Assembly: GCA_964019335.1 (NCBI GenBank)
Contig: OZ025725.1
Coordinates: 1 to 64,000 of the forward strand
Direction of reading: 5' to 3'
DNA from: Diplonema japonicum
Lineage: Eukaryota > Protista > Euglenozoa: Diplonemea
Length of the DNA: 64,000 nucleotides
Both the position numbers and the translations under genes were made by a program. Positions 11,391 through 22,394 of this stretch are shown one piece after another. Under the pieces are notes generated by a model. The model saw only the letters and a program-made list of their open reading frames with translations, did no database searches and was not told the DNA's origin. Each line of letters begins with the position of its first letter. The first letter of the stretch is position 1.

Positions 11391-12818
11391 ATGCCACGTG
11401 TGCAGAAAGAGATGGCCAAGGTAGTTGGACACCATGAGTTCGACCAAGAGTCACAGCTTCCGTTTGTTGATGTTGAAAAAGAACCTGAGAATGGTGGTAG
11501 CCAACGGACGCTGTTGGAGAAGGTGAAAGAGCGGCCTCTTCTTGTTGGTATTGTGGGTACCCTTGTGCTCCTAGCACTCTTGGGGGGAATCCTTGGGGCG
11601 GTACTTGGGGGTGGAAGCGGGGGAGGTGAAGGCGCTCTGTTGGTGGGTGAAGTTGCTGACAGCCGTTTGGTGGCAGTGATCCGTGAGGGAGAGAAATGTC
11701 CATCAAGTGAACAAAGAAACGCATCAACCCACATCATCCTCCCTCCTGTTGCCTTGCACACGACCAATGGACAAGGGGTACGTGTGTGCAATGTCGATTG
11801 TACCATCCTCTTCACCAACCCATGCGACACTGCCAAGTGGAGGAGGGAGGGTAAAAAGATTATGCTGTCTGTAGGTGGGGAGGAGTGGGGCAGCTGCTGG
11901 AGTAAGTGTTCAGGAAAGGAATCCTACCTCTCGGAGCAGCTTGCTAACCTCCGTGCATCGCTTGAGTTGGACGGCGTGGCAATCGTCCTCGATCGTCGCA
12001 CGCCTTCTGATGTGGCAGAGCTTGCCGACATGGCGGTTTTCTACACGAACGTCACACAAAAGCTTCGCACTGCTCTCCCCGTGAACGCACTGATTGGGCA
12101 CGTTGGCCGCGATGCCAACCTCGTGGACGGGGCGTGGCACCACAAGGTCGTCGATGTGGTTGGTGGCTCTATTGACTTCCTTGTTGCACAGTACTTTGAT
12201 GGTGTGACCCGCCCCGGTTTGGAGGGGCTTGATGGCGGAGTATACAGTTCTGCGCTGCAGCACTACACAACTCTAGTAAAGGGGTGCTTCGGGGGTGATA
12301 GTACAAAGCTTGTGTTCGGGTTCTGTATCACAAGCTGCTCGACGGACTCGAACATTGGTACTACTGCAGCTGTCACCGTGATGAGGGAGCTACAGTTGTC
12401 CTATCCTTGCAACGGGGGTGCTTCTTACTGGGTGGGCGAGGACGAGAATGGTGCCTGGGGAAATAGTGTCAGTGTGCCTGTGAGGGAAATCGAGGGATGC
12501 TCTGTCACAGGTGTATCCGGCTCCAGCTCTACCCCATTGACGTCCACGCCCGAGGGTACCAGCTCCCCTCCTGTTACTACACTTGCACCTGTTACTTTGC
12601 AACCCACGGCGGTGCCCACCTCTGCCCCCTCGACCCCGCTCCCTGCACCTGTGCCTGTTGTCCCAAGGCCTGGCTGTTCTGTTAGTATCCCTCTGCACAG
12701 GGAATGTTTGTATAACCCTAACTGTTGTGCCGCTGGTGCACGTTGTTACAAGCAGTCTGATTTCAAGGCCTCTTGCTTGAATGTTTGCAACTACCCTCCT
12801 AGATGCAAGCTGATTTAG
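11391..12818 (+). CDS. Membrane-anchored GH18 chitinase-like protein (catalytic motif degenerate) with S/T/P linker and C-terminal Cys-rich CBM1-like module
   Basis: N-terminal TM; GKKIMLSVGG and LELDGVAIVLD (GH18 SxGG and DGxDxDxE positions); IDFLVAQYF; KLVFGF; GGASYW. Tail CC..GARCYKQSDFKASCL resembles CBM1. Start chosen at the ATG after an upstream AG. Confidence 0.7.
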   Translation: MPRVQKEMAKVVGHHEFDQESQLPFVDVEKEPENGGSQRTLLEKVKERPLLVGIVGTLVLLALLGGILGAVLGGGSGGGEGALLVGEVADSRLVAVIREGEKCPSSEQRNASTHIILPPVALHTTNGQGVRVCNVDCTILFTNPCDTAKWRREGKKIMLSVGGEEWGSCWSKCSGKESYLSEQLANLRASLELDGVAIVLDRRTPSDVAELADMAVFYTNVTQKLRTALPVNALIGHVGRDANLVDGAWHHKVVDVVGGSIDFLVAQYFDGVTRPGLEGLDGGVYSSALQHYTTLVKGCFGGDSTKLVFGFCITSCSTDSNIGTTAAVTVMRELQLSYPCNGGASYWVGEDENGAWGNSVSVPVREIEGCSVTGVSGSSSTPLTSTPEGTSSPPVTTLAPVTLQPTAVPTSAPSTPLPAPVPVVPRPGCSVSIPLHRECLYNPNCCAAGARCYKQSDFKASCLNVCNYPPRCKLI

Positions 12819-13275
12819 TAGGTCAGCAAATGAGTAAAGGAAAAAAAAAAAACTTTAAAAAAAAAGAACTGCTTTCTTAATAATATCCTTCGACTGTCTT
12901 CCTTCCGAAAACTTTTTTCTGTTTACTTTCATATTTCTGTCTTCCTTGAATAGAGGCAAGACCTGCAAGGTTCCTGCTACTTACTGACCGCCAGCTGGAT
13001 CCACATTGCAGGTAGTGCCTATTGCATAATTCCACTATTTGTATCCCTCTCATACTTTATTATTATTATTATAGCCTTACTTTACCTGCTTTTGTTCCTG
13101 TGCAACCTGTTGCAATTCTTCTTCTTCCCTCTCTGTTTTTTTTTTTTTTTTTTTTTTTTTTTGTTGTTTGTTTGCTGACCTCCTCGTCTTCTTCAATCTA
13201 ACCACCTCAGTGCTAGTTTCTTTGCACTACTTTTTTAGGAAGGAAGTTTCTACCTGCAAAATCAACATAGGTGCA

Positions 13276-13740
13276 ATGTTAGCCCGAGCTAGGGCCGACC
13301 CTTATGAGAAGGTCATAAGAAGTACGTTTCTGTGTACTCTGTTCACGGTGCTGGTGTGCTTGTACCTTGCGGTGCCGACGTATGGAGTCGCTCTGTTTTT
13401 GAGTTATGAGGACTCCGACGGGAAAACATGCGACAAAGAGATCGGGAGGTGGCTGCTCGGCACGGGTATTTTGGGCTTCTCATCGTTCTTCCTGCTGTGC
13501 TGGTCTGCCACGCTGATGCTTATGAACGATAGGTCGCAGTTGCCAGTCGTTCTGAACTACATCTTCCTGTTTCTTCTGCTGGTGGTTTTAGGTTGGTTCG
13601 TCTACGGCAACATTATTGTGTGGCAGTCCGATGAGAGTGTATGTGGCGAGTACACACGTCAGGGCAAGGACCTCCTGTACACCCAGATCTGCTCCATACT
13701 AACGTCAGTGGGCTTCTGGGCATATGCGGTGTTTTTCTAG
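13276..13740 (+). CDS. Small multi-pass membrane protein of unknown function
   Basis: ORF with 4-5 hydrophobic helices and CDKEIGRWL / GNIIVW...C features. A long T-tract and AG lie upstream. Confidence 0.7.
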   Translation: MLARARADPYEKVIRSTFLCTLFTVLVCLYLAVPTYGVALFLSYEDSDGKTCDKEIGRWLLGTGILGFSSFFLLCWSATLMLMNDRSQLPVVLNYIFLFLLLVVLGWFVYGNIIVWQSDESVCGEYTRQGKDLLYTQICSILTSVGFWAYAVFF

Positions 13741-13811
13741 AATAGATTTATTTCATAGATAAGAGGCTGCCTCTGCCTCTGTCCTACAAGTTACCAAGCG
13801 TCGGGTGGAAA

Positions 13812-15185
13812 ATGTTGCTGCTGCTAGTGCTGCTGGTTGTGTCGCAACCTGGTATCGATGAAGACGAGCACCCACTGTCCTACAACATAGGCAGCACAAG
13901 AAGATTCCAGCAGCTGCAGCACCAAGGGCTTGTCACAGTCACTTTTGCCAACAATGCTTACTTCGAGCAAGGCTTGATTCAAAACCTCCTCTGCTCGTGG
14001 AAAAGGATCAGTTTCACCAACTACGTCATCGTCGCAGTGGACGCTGATGCCTACGCGAGCAGCGCAAAGCACACAGAGCAGTACCACTGGCACCCTCCGT
14101 GGTGGGAGGGTGTCGGGGGCAAACTCTTGAGGCCCACAAACATCAAGACGCCCGAGTATGTGAGATTCATACATAAGAGAACGCGTTTCATAGAAGCGCT
14201 GCTCCTGAAGACAGGGCTCGACGTACTGCTGTGTGATGGGGACACGATCTGGACACGTAATCTACTGCTGGACCAGACACTGCCCTACAAGAACCCTGCT
14301 TACAGTAGCTGCGATGCCTTTGTTGTGAACTCTGCACACCGCGGGGGCGCGGGCGCTGACAAGGTAGAGCCTCTGGGAGGGTTCATTCTAGCGAGGAACA
14401 GGCCCCAAACTCTGATGTGGTACAGGACATGGACAGCAATGGAAGCATGTCTCCAGAGCAAGGAGCAGCCCGCCATGCATGCATCGCTGCGTGTATTGGG
14501 TGCGGTGTTCGTCAAGCCATTGTATCATCTGCTTGGTGAGAAGTTCATAGACAGCAGGAACCCCGTACTGTGTGTGCTGCACGACAGCTACTTCCCTACA
14601 GGTTTCCACGTGACAAACGGGTACCTAAAGGACTACGCCAACACATCTCTAATTGCACTGGGCCATGCCTCGATCCCCAAGAAGACGGGGAAGGAGGAGT
14701 GGATGAAGCAGTATGGTTGGTGGTTCTTGGAACCAGACGGGTCTTGCAGCAACATAAAGACTCCTGACCTCAGCCAAGAAGAGAAGCACCACTTGCCTTC
14801 AATGAGGAAAGTGTCGCAAACCTTCAAGTACAGGAACATCCAGCACTGGATGCAGGAGGGTCCTGACAAGCGAAACTGCACATCACTTATCACGTCCCGT
14901 CTTCCTGTTCTGAGGGAACAGCTTATGGAGGTCACATCTGGCGTCATGTTGACACCGCACGGTATACCTACTACGCTGCTCATGTTGCCGCTCATAACAG
15001 GTGGCACCATCACCCTCTTGCTGCTCTTTAGGTTCTTTAGGCTTCATAGGCTACTATTGTATTTTGATACAAACATTTATGCCCATTTATCTTACACAGC
15101 AAATACACAGCAAGATGCGTACCCTGATAATGATGACTCTGGTGGGCTGTGCCATGGCCGATCGCGCAGTGTTCCACTACTTTGA
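13812..15185 (+). CDS. Nucleotide-diphospho-sugar transferase (GT77-like)
   Basis: Signal peptide, VTFANNAY, YVIVAVD, GLDVLLCDGDTIWTRN (DxD), GGFILAR, KEQ, YFPTG, HA...K..WMKQYGWW, C-terminal TM. The 3' end is uncertain because it overlaps the GST ORF. Confidence 0.8.
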   Translation: MLLLLVLLVVSQPGIDEDEHPLSYNIGSTRRFQQLQHQGLVTVTFANNAYFEQGLIQNLLCSWKRISFTNYVIVAVDADAYASSAKHTEQYHWHPPWWEGVGGKLLRPTNIKTPEYVRFIHKRTRFIEALLLKTGLDVLLCDGDTIWTRNLLLDQTLPYKNPAYSSCDAFVVNSAHRGGAGADKVEPLGGFILARNRPQTLMWYRTWTAMEACLQSKEQPAMHASLRVLGAVFVKPLYHLLGEKFIDSRNPVLCVLHDSYFPTGFHVTNGYLKDYANTSLIALGHASIPKKTGKEEWMKQYGWWFLEPDGSCSNIKTPDLSQEEKHHLPSMRKVSQTFKYRNIQHWMQEGPDKRNCTSLITSRLPVLREQLMEVTSGVMLTPHGIPTTLLMLPLITGGTITLLLLFRFFRLHRLLLYFDTNIYAHLSYTANTQQDAYPDNDDSGGLCHGRSRSVPLL

Positions 15186-15858
15186 CGTCAGGGGTCTAGG
15201 ACAGGCTCCGAGACTGATGCTGTCGGAGGTGGGCCTCAACTTCGAAGAGGTGAGACACACAAGAGAGACATGGTCAAAGGCCAAGCAGGAGGGCGTCGAG
15301 AGCGGGTTGCTGTCCTTCGGTCAAGTGCCTGCGATGGAGTACTGGGACGGTGAGGGGAAGAAAGTTAGCATGGTACAGAGTGTTGCCATCATGCAGTTCC
15401 TCGCCAGGGAGCACGGGCTGTACGGGTCTGACAACGCAGAGAAAGCGCGCATTGATGTGCTTGTAGGTGGTGTGGGCGACCTCAGGAAGAGGTACGGTGC
15501 CATGGCTTACAGCAAGATCGACAAGTTGGAGGATGCCCTTGCAACTTACAAGGAGGAGCTTGTGAAGTGGTTGCCCTTTTTTGAGACGTATTTGTCTAAG
15601 GGCGAGCACGTGGTGAGCAGCTTCTCTTTCGCTGATGTCATGCTCTTCGACCTGATTGACACCTGCGTCCTGAGGGTCAGCCCTGACGCTCTGCAGTCCC
15701 ACCCCAAGCTCGCGGCTCATCACAAACTCATTGCGAGCCGTCCTAAGATTGCGGCCTACCTTCAGTCTGAGAAGAACCACAAGTTTGCCAACGGCAAGTC
15801 TGCCTCCTGGGACACTCCCGACAACGTCCCCGCGCACCTCAAGACAGAGGAGCTCTAG
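15115..15858 (+). CDS. Glutathione S-transferase (Tyr-type, sigma/pi/mu-like) with N-terminal signal-like segment and TEEL C-terminus
   Basis: YFDVRGLGQAPRLML, FGQVP, VQSVAIMQFLAR, SFADVMLFD, IASRPKIAAYL. Confidence 0.9.
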   Translation: MRTLIMMTLVGCAMADRAVFHYFDVRGLGQAPRLMLSEVGLNFEEVRHTRETWSKAKQEGVESGLLSFGQVPAMEYWDGEGKKVSMVQSVAIMQFLAREHGLYGSDNAEKARIDVLVGGVGDLRKRYGAMAYSKIDKLEDALATYKEELVKWLPFFETYLSKGEHVVSSFSFADVMLFDLIDTCVLRVSPDALQSHPKLAAHHKLIASRPKIAAYLQSEKNHKFANGKSASWDTPDNVPAHLKTEEL

Positions 15859-16055
15859 ACTACATGAGTCCGAGCCCTTGAATATTTAACAGTGTTGCAG
15901 TGTCATGTGTTTACGAGCCTCCCCGACTTGTATCACCTCGCATGCCATTCTCTTATGACCACAAGACCCCAGAAACAGGGGGTCAGGAGTCAGTCCCGTT
16001 TTCTCCCCTTTATTTCTCCTTTTGTTACTTTACACACAGCACACAGGTGGGTAAG

Positions 16056-17594
16056 ATGGGGTCATGTGCCTCAATGGATAAAGATGAAATACAACTGGTA
16101 AAATGTCAGTCAGAAGGCGGCGATGAGGAGTCGATGCTGGGTGCGCAGGGTGTGCGGGTGTCGCAATTGAAGGAATATGAATCTTCAAAAAATTGCAAAC
16201 AAAATATCTGCTACACAGGGATATTCCCGCAGCAGCTGGGTGCGTATAGCATCTGCCAACGGATGCACAGCGGGTACGCCGAGTACGTGAAAGACGGGAA
16301 GGCAGGGTACATGGTTAAGTCGGGGAAGGGCATTTCAATATTTGATATAAAAAAACTCAAGATGTACACACATCACCGGTGCAGGCTGCCATTAGAAGTC
16401 TTCATGGCGCCTTCAAACAAGCTGTACTTGATGTACAGGGAGAGAAAGCCGCCTTTGCACCTGCCAGCGATCGATAGGAACGGGCACTTGCAAAAGATGG
16501 ACATGAGGATGCACCCTAACCAGGTGCGGAAGGTCATTTTCGACATTGCTGAAATTCTCACGCACCTGCATAGAAGGGGCGTAGTCTTCGGGAGGGTCTT
16601 CCCTGAGTCCATCCTCTTCCCTGATCCAGAAGCCGACCAAGAGAAGTCAGGTTACTCTCTTGACATGCTTGCCTCGTGTGCGTACCCTGAGTACTTCACG
16701 CAGCTTGATGACCACTGCCCGCACCCCGCCCGTGACATCTACAGCCTCGGTGCTGTTGCCTTTACCATGCTCATGGGTTGTGTGCCCAGTGTGTACTGCA
16801 GTGGTGTTGAGCAACGGCTTACCAGCAGGACAAACACTCTCACGCGCACTGAAGACCTTATCTGCATGATGCTGGACCCGAACAAGGAAAACAGAATCAC
16901 CGCAGAACAGATCCTCAACATCGGCAAGCGGGCGCGAAAGGTGTGCCAGCGGGAGAGAGCGGCGGGTTACAAACCGCTCCTGCCGCTCGAGGTGCTGCGA
17001 AACATCTTCACGTATCTGAAAACAGCGGAGGTGCCAAAGCTGCAGCTGGTGTCGAAGGAATGGGGCGTGGCAGGACGGGCGTGCTTTGATTGGATGATTG
17101 AGCAAAAGCGGGAAACACACACAACCTTGAAGACACCGAGGTTCACATGGTACGGGGACGCAGTGGACTATCTGTTCAGCACGATCGAGGACGAGCTCTA
17201 CTCGTGGGCAAAGGGGAGCGAGGAGTGCCGGGTGACAATACGGAGAGTTGTGAAGGACCCATCGCAGAAGGGGTATCTACCATCGCATGGCATCCAGCTC
17301 ATCCAACCCTGGAATAACGGGAGGTGCCTGAGAGAAGTCTCCATTGTGGCGCGGCCTAGTCAAGAGCCTTGTGCCAAAGAGGAGCACTCCACACCCCCTT
17401 ATCCAAGGTTTTGGGAGTACGGTGACCTGCAAGAGACTCCCTGCGCCTGCCCTTCTCCCACGCTACCCTCCTCCGTCCAGTTCCTCAACACCGTCACACA
17501 TCACAAATCGTGTCCCACCATGTACAACAACCCCCTCGTTCCTGCAAATAAGATACACTCAAACTGGCTCTCGCTCTCTCCTGCTGCCTACTAG
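16056..17594 (+). CDS. Pseudokinase-F-box fusion protein with N-terminal acylation motif
   Basis: MGSCAS start after an AG. HLHRRGVVFGRVFPESIL sits at the HRDLKPEN position, followed by YPE, DIYSLG, DLICMMLDPNKENRITAEQIL. F-box LLPLEVLRNIFTYL...LQLVSKEW. Confidence 0.75.
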   Translation: MGSCASMDKDEIQLVKCQSEGGDEESMLGAQGVRVSQLKEYESSKNCKQNICYTGIFPQQLGAYSICQRMHSGYAEYVKDGKAGYMVKSGKGISIFDIKKLKMYTHHRCRLPLEVFMAPSNKLYLMYRERKPPLHLPAIDRNGHLQKMDMRMHPNQVRKVIFDIAEILTHLHRRGVVFGRVFPESILFPDPEADQEKSGYSLDMLASCAYPEYFTQLDDHCPHPARDIYSLGAVAFTMLMGCVPSVYCSGVEQRLTSRTNTLTRTEDLICMMLDPNKENRITAEQILNIGKRARKVCQRERAAGYKPLLPLEVLRNIFTYLKTAEVPKLQLVSKEWGVAGRACFDWMIEQKRETHTTLKTPRFTWYGDAVDYLFSTIEDELYSWAKGSEECRVTIRRVVKDPSQKGYLPSHGIQLIQPWNNGRCLREVSIVARPSQEPCAKEEHSTPPYPRFWEYGDLQETPCACPSPTLPSSVQFLNTVTHHKSCPTMYNNPLVPANKIHSNWLSLSPAAY

Positions 17595-18236
17595 GGCAGT
17601 GGGTAATAGTAATATTAATTTACGCTCTATCTCTAAACCCGTCGGGAAGTCCGGAATGTCCCTAAGGGACACAAAGGGAATTTCCGGAAGATTTCCTTAT
17701 TTTTTTTCAAAGGTTGGCTGAGAAATCTTCTTAGGGGAATCTGACATTCGAGGCATTCATCGGAAGACCCGTCTGAAGTTTCGTAAAAAAAAGGAAAAAA
17801 AAGAAAAAAAAAAAAAAAAAAAAGAGTACCACTCAGTCGTCAGGGAGTTGCCTGTAATACTGCAGGTCCGGGTTCAAGTACGGGCTAGATTATAGCTCAG
17901 GTGTGTAAAAAATAAAATAAAATATGTCTTTTCTTTTGTTTCTTTCTTTCTTTTGTGGGGTAAGAAGCTTAGTGACAAGCACGGCAACAGGGGAATCACC
18001 GAACACGTGGAATGTGCTCCTGCGACGAGCGCATACACACGGGGCCCAGGAGAGAAGGGCTGGCAAAAACACGAGTAGTGGTGCAAGGAACGGAAGCAGA
18101 AAGGGCACGACGGTGCAGCTACCTTGTATGGGTCGTGGTGTGCCGGACAGCAGTGCAGAATCATGCTCCTGAATGCAACCATATAACGTGTCGATCATGT
18201 GTCACCCTTTTTTTCTATTGTATTTTTCATGACCAG

Positions 18237-18283
<47 letters not shown>

Positions 18284-21199
18284 GATCGACATTGCAGGCA
18301 ATTTTGTATGCGGCGATTTGAGCTCATCCATTGGTTTTTGAAGATAGCAATTTTCTCAACTGGTTTCGGAAGGGAACGGAGTTGGAAACGGGTATTTGAG
18401 ATATGAGGCGTTAATAAAAAGTTTTGTTTTATTTGTTTCTCCCCCCCCCCCCCCCCCTTTATCTAAACGCTCGAGGGCCTAATCAGCGATCCCCCCCCCT
18501 CTTTCAATATGGTTTTTTATCCCTACTTCTTCTCTTTCCTTCCCCCCCTTTTTTTTGTATTCAAACAGGAAGAAAATGCAGTTTTTCTTTTTTTTTTTCT
18601 TTTCCATTTTCTTTTTTCTTTTACCAGACGCCACGCGTGTTTGCCACAAAGGAACCGCGGGGGGGACTTTTTTTTTCATGGGCTTCCTTGCTGCTGAATG
18701 AGAAAAAAAAAGAAGAAAGAGAGAATAAGAAGAAGAAAGAGAAAGAAAGAAAAAAGGAAGAAAACAAATAATATTTCCTTGAGCTTTGTGGAACTAGAAA
18801 CAAGCCCTACTAAGAAAGTTGAGCAGTGCCTTCAATGCAGTGATGGAAAGAACTTTGAAAAGTTAAGTCCCAACTGAAACCCGGAGGAGGTAAGAGCAGA
18901 CTTGCTGGAGTTGGTTGTGGATTCGTGGGTTAACGTGCCCAGGTCCACCAGAAAAAAAAAAAAAAAAAAAGAAAGCAAAAAAAAAAAAAAAAAAAAGTTT
19001 TTTATTGTTGTTTAATGAGCTTGAGCATAACCTTGTTACATAAAAGAAAGAAGAAACGAAAAAAAAAAAAAAAATGAAGAAATAAATAGAAGATTTCCCC
19101 ACTTTACTTTCTTCCTATTTTTTTGTCAACCAGTGCACCCTACTCTTAAATACCACCCTCTCTTTTTTTTAAAAAAATCTTTTTATTTATTTATTATTTC
19201 TCATCGTGCTCCTTTATTCATTATTTGTTCCGAGACATATCTCAGTTAATCTCCTTTTCACATCCTATTTTTCAATACTGTAAACCCGATAAAGCTTGTA
19301 TGGCATAGATACGGAAAGGCTCCTTTGGTCCTCAGCGTTCTGCACACGAACACTTTTTTTTCCCCCGTTCGTGTATTTTGTGGCCCTACCCACTACTTCC
19401 CAGCCTAAAACCGAGAAGGACGATGGCTAAGGCGAAATATACAACAACGAGAGGCACACTAGGTTATGGGAGGCTGGGAAATAGCACATTTTCCCCATTC
19501 GAGCTTTATCGGCTATACAGTCCCCCCCCTTTTTTTTCTCTTTTTTTTCCACAAAAATAATAATTATACCTATGTACTACTGTATTACCTCTTAAGAAAC
19601 CCTCTCAAAAAAAAAGAGAAACCAAAAATGAAAGAAAAAATCCCGGGGGGGGGGGGGGGGGGTAGGTTTCCTCCTCCTGATTCCCCTCTTTCCCCCGCCC
19701 CCCCCCCTCTTCTCCGGTCTTGTGATGTTGTCAATCCGTAGTGGCGAGATTTTTCTTTCTTTTTTTTTTTATAACAATTATTTCTCTTTTTTTTTTCACC
19801 CTCTTGGTGTGCGACAATTGAAAGGTGTTTAAAGATGTTCGAGTTGTGCCGTGTTGGGCAAGAAAAAAAATGATAGGTTTGCAGCAGGGGGAATAGCCCC
19901 CCCCCTCCTCCCACTATGCATGCCTTTTAGGGAAAGGACTTGGTTGTTAAGTGCTCTGCTGGGTACTTGAAAAGTGGAGCCATTGAGCAGGGGAACCCTC
20001 GCTTTGGTTGCGCAACCCCCCCATGTCTTTGAACTTGCTTCGTCTTTTTTTCCCCCCTTTCTTTTTTTTGTGTGTGTGTCCCCCCCCCCCTTCATTGACC
20101 GGTCTTTTCTTACCTTGCTTTTCAGTTTACAGTAACAGGAAAAGGGAAAGCCCTTCATTGTTTTGGTAGAAAGAAAAAAGAAAAAAAAAAAAAAGAAACC
20201 TATAAGCGACCCTAGCCCTGCTGAAGAATCTCCTTGTCTTCTTCTTACCCCGTGAATGTAATTCCTAGGGCACCTGAAATTGAAGGTACCTGAAACATGG
20301 GGGGAAAAGCAAGGAAATAATGTGAATCTGGGTTAAAGAAGAAGAAGAAAAAATCTAACAAGCCTTTTTACCAAGGCTTGGATGGAAAGAAAGAAAGAAA
20401 GAAAAAAGGAAAAAAAAAAAAAAAAAAAACAAAACCTAGTCCACATGTCGGTCATCTCCCCCCCCCCTTTTTTTTAATTGAATTACTATATAGGAAATCT
20501 TTTCTTTTTTCTCTCTTCCTCCCCACCACCACCACCACCACCACCACCACCCATAACTTTCAATCCCTATGTCCCTTTGGACCGCTAGACGGGCTGAGAG
20601 ATATGGCCGTTAATGTTTAATTGAAGGCTGGAACTCATCAGAGTAGAAGTGACGTATCCACTCATTCAAAGAAGGAGCGAAGGAAGAAAAAAAAGTAAAT
20701 TTATAGAATGATACCATCCACCATCACGGAGGCAATAATATCTGTGGGTGATTAATTGTTTATTCGGTTCTTCTTCGAGTTGTCCCCTCCCACGAACATT
20801 CTTCGCCTCCACGCCTTTTCAATTCCCGCACCGTCACACAAAATGAGTAGTGCCCCCCCCCCCCATTTTCTTTTCTTTTTGCCTCTTCTTAATCTTAAGC
20901 GCACTGACCTTTCCGTGTGTAAGAAGGAGGGGGGGGGAGAGAAAAAAATGAAATAAAACTACTTTTAAAAAAATGTTGATATTGCGGTAATTTATATTTT
21001 TATATGCTACATTTTTTTTTTTTTTTGGTTCCTTCCAGGTTGCATGCTTCGCGTGAGCAGTCTTTACAACTGGAAAAAAAAAAAAAGAAAAAAAAAGTAG
21101 ATTTTTTTTGATGATCACGGCATTAACTCACGACGAGTACACATAAGGGTTGTAGTAGGGAAACGAGACTGGCTGCATGTCATTACCCTCTACTGTTAG

Positions 21200-21457
21200 G
21201 TGAACGACAACTCTAGGCACGCCAAGAGGAACAGGGAAGCATTAATAGCCGACACTCTGCGTACCCTAGGGCTCCACAGCCATCCCATCACTGGGTACTC
21301 CACTCGACCGGTCTTCGCATCCCCGAAGGTCTCCCACCCTATCCTAGAGGAACAGTTACGAACTCATTGCATCCTCAACAACTCGCTAGTTGGTTTCACG
21401 CCCAAGCTGCTGAAAAGATACCACGACGGGCCTAAGGCACTACCACGACGGGCCTAA
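21200..21457 (+). other. Possible isolated exon or gene remnant
   Basis: Homopolymer-free island with an acceptor-like ctgttag immediately before an 85-codon open frame that ends in a tandem repeat. No recognisable domain and no ATG. Confidence 0.25.
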
Positions 21458-21515
21458 GGCACTACCACGACGGGCCTAAGGCACTACCACGACGGGCCTA
21501 GGGCACTACCACGAC
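21419..21515 (+). repeat. 22-bp minisatellite TACCACGACGGGCCTAAGGCAC x4.4
   Basis: Read directly; one substitution in copy 4. Confidence 0.95.
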
Positions 21516-22317
21516 AGAAGGGATCAAACACTAGATGAGTTGATTGTCGTTAGGCGATCCTGTCACATACTGCAGGTTCCCTCAAAGACATCTTTTTTTC
21601 CTACTCTTTTTTTTTCTTTCTTTCTCTTATTCTAAGGGTTAAACTGTAATTACTATTCTATTTATGTTTCTTTCTTTTTTGTTTAGCCCCCCCCCCCCCC
21701 CCCCCACATATAACAGCGGAACAACCCCCTTTGTCCCGAAAACGAAAAGGAGAACTATAGAGGAGCCTTTCTCCCCCAGAAACCCCAACCACCCCAGTGC
21801 GAAGTGAAAAAGAAAAAAAAAAAAAAAAGAAAGAAGCAAAAAAAAAGATCTTTGGAGGTAAAAAAAAAAGGTCAGAAAGTCTCTACGCACGGAGGTTCCT
21901 GTGCCAGGTACCTTTCATCTGACTGATTGCCTGCTGCCTCCTAGCCAAAGGCAGCATCATAGATCAGGAAAATACTTAAAAAAAAAATATAAAAGACAGA
22001 TTGTTCCCTCTTTTCCTCCATGAGGGAGCGAAAAGGGGAAACGAACAAAAAAGAAAAAGAAAAAAAAAGGGGGGGATACTTAACAAGGGATGTAAACCAT
22101 ATATTCCTTTCCCCCCTCCTCTCTGCCCAACTGCTCACTTTTTTTTGTTTTCACATTTCCAGTAGAAATTACAGCAAGGGGGGGGGGGGGGGCACTGTAA
22201 AATTCAGCTTTTGGGAAATTATCAGGCCGATCATCTTCTGCTTGTGGCACTTCCAGGACTTTGTTTTTTTTTTTTTTTTTGGGCGTCCTGCCACATACCG
22301 CAGGTACCCTTAAATGT

Positions 22318-22350
<33 letters not shown>

Positions 22351-22354
<4 letters not shown>

Positions 22355-22394
22355 AATTCTATTGTCGAGAAGCAAATGGAGCGTCAAAACTAGT
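22351..22394 (+). repeat. Internally deleted copy of the short ...ACTAGT element
   Basis: aaacaattctattgtcgaga + caaatggagcgtcaaaactagt match the two ends of 1081-1190. Confidence 0.6.

Noticed and set aside
17824-17890. tRNA-like stretch with GGTTCAAGTAC
   Set aside because: Imperfect B-box; the T-stem and acceptor stem do not pair.
18841-18862. GATGGAAAGAACTTTGAAAAG resembles a conserved LSU rRNA segment
   Set aside because: Only ~20 nt, and the flanks show no rRNA similarity.
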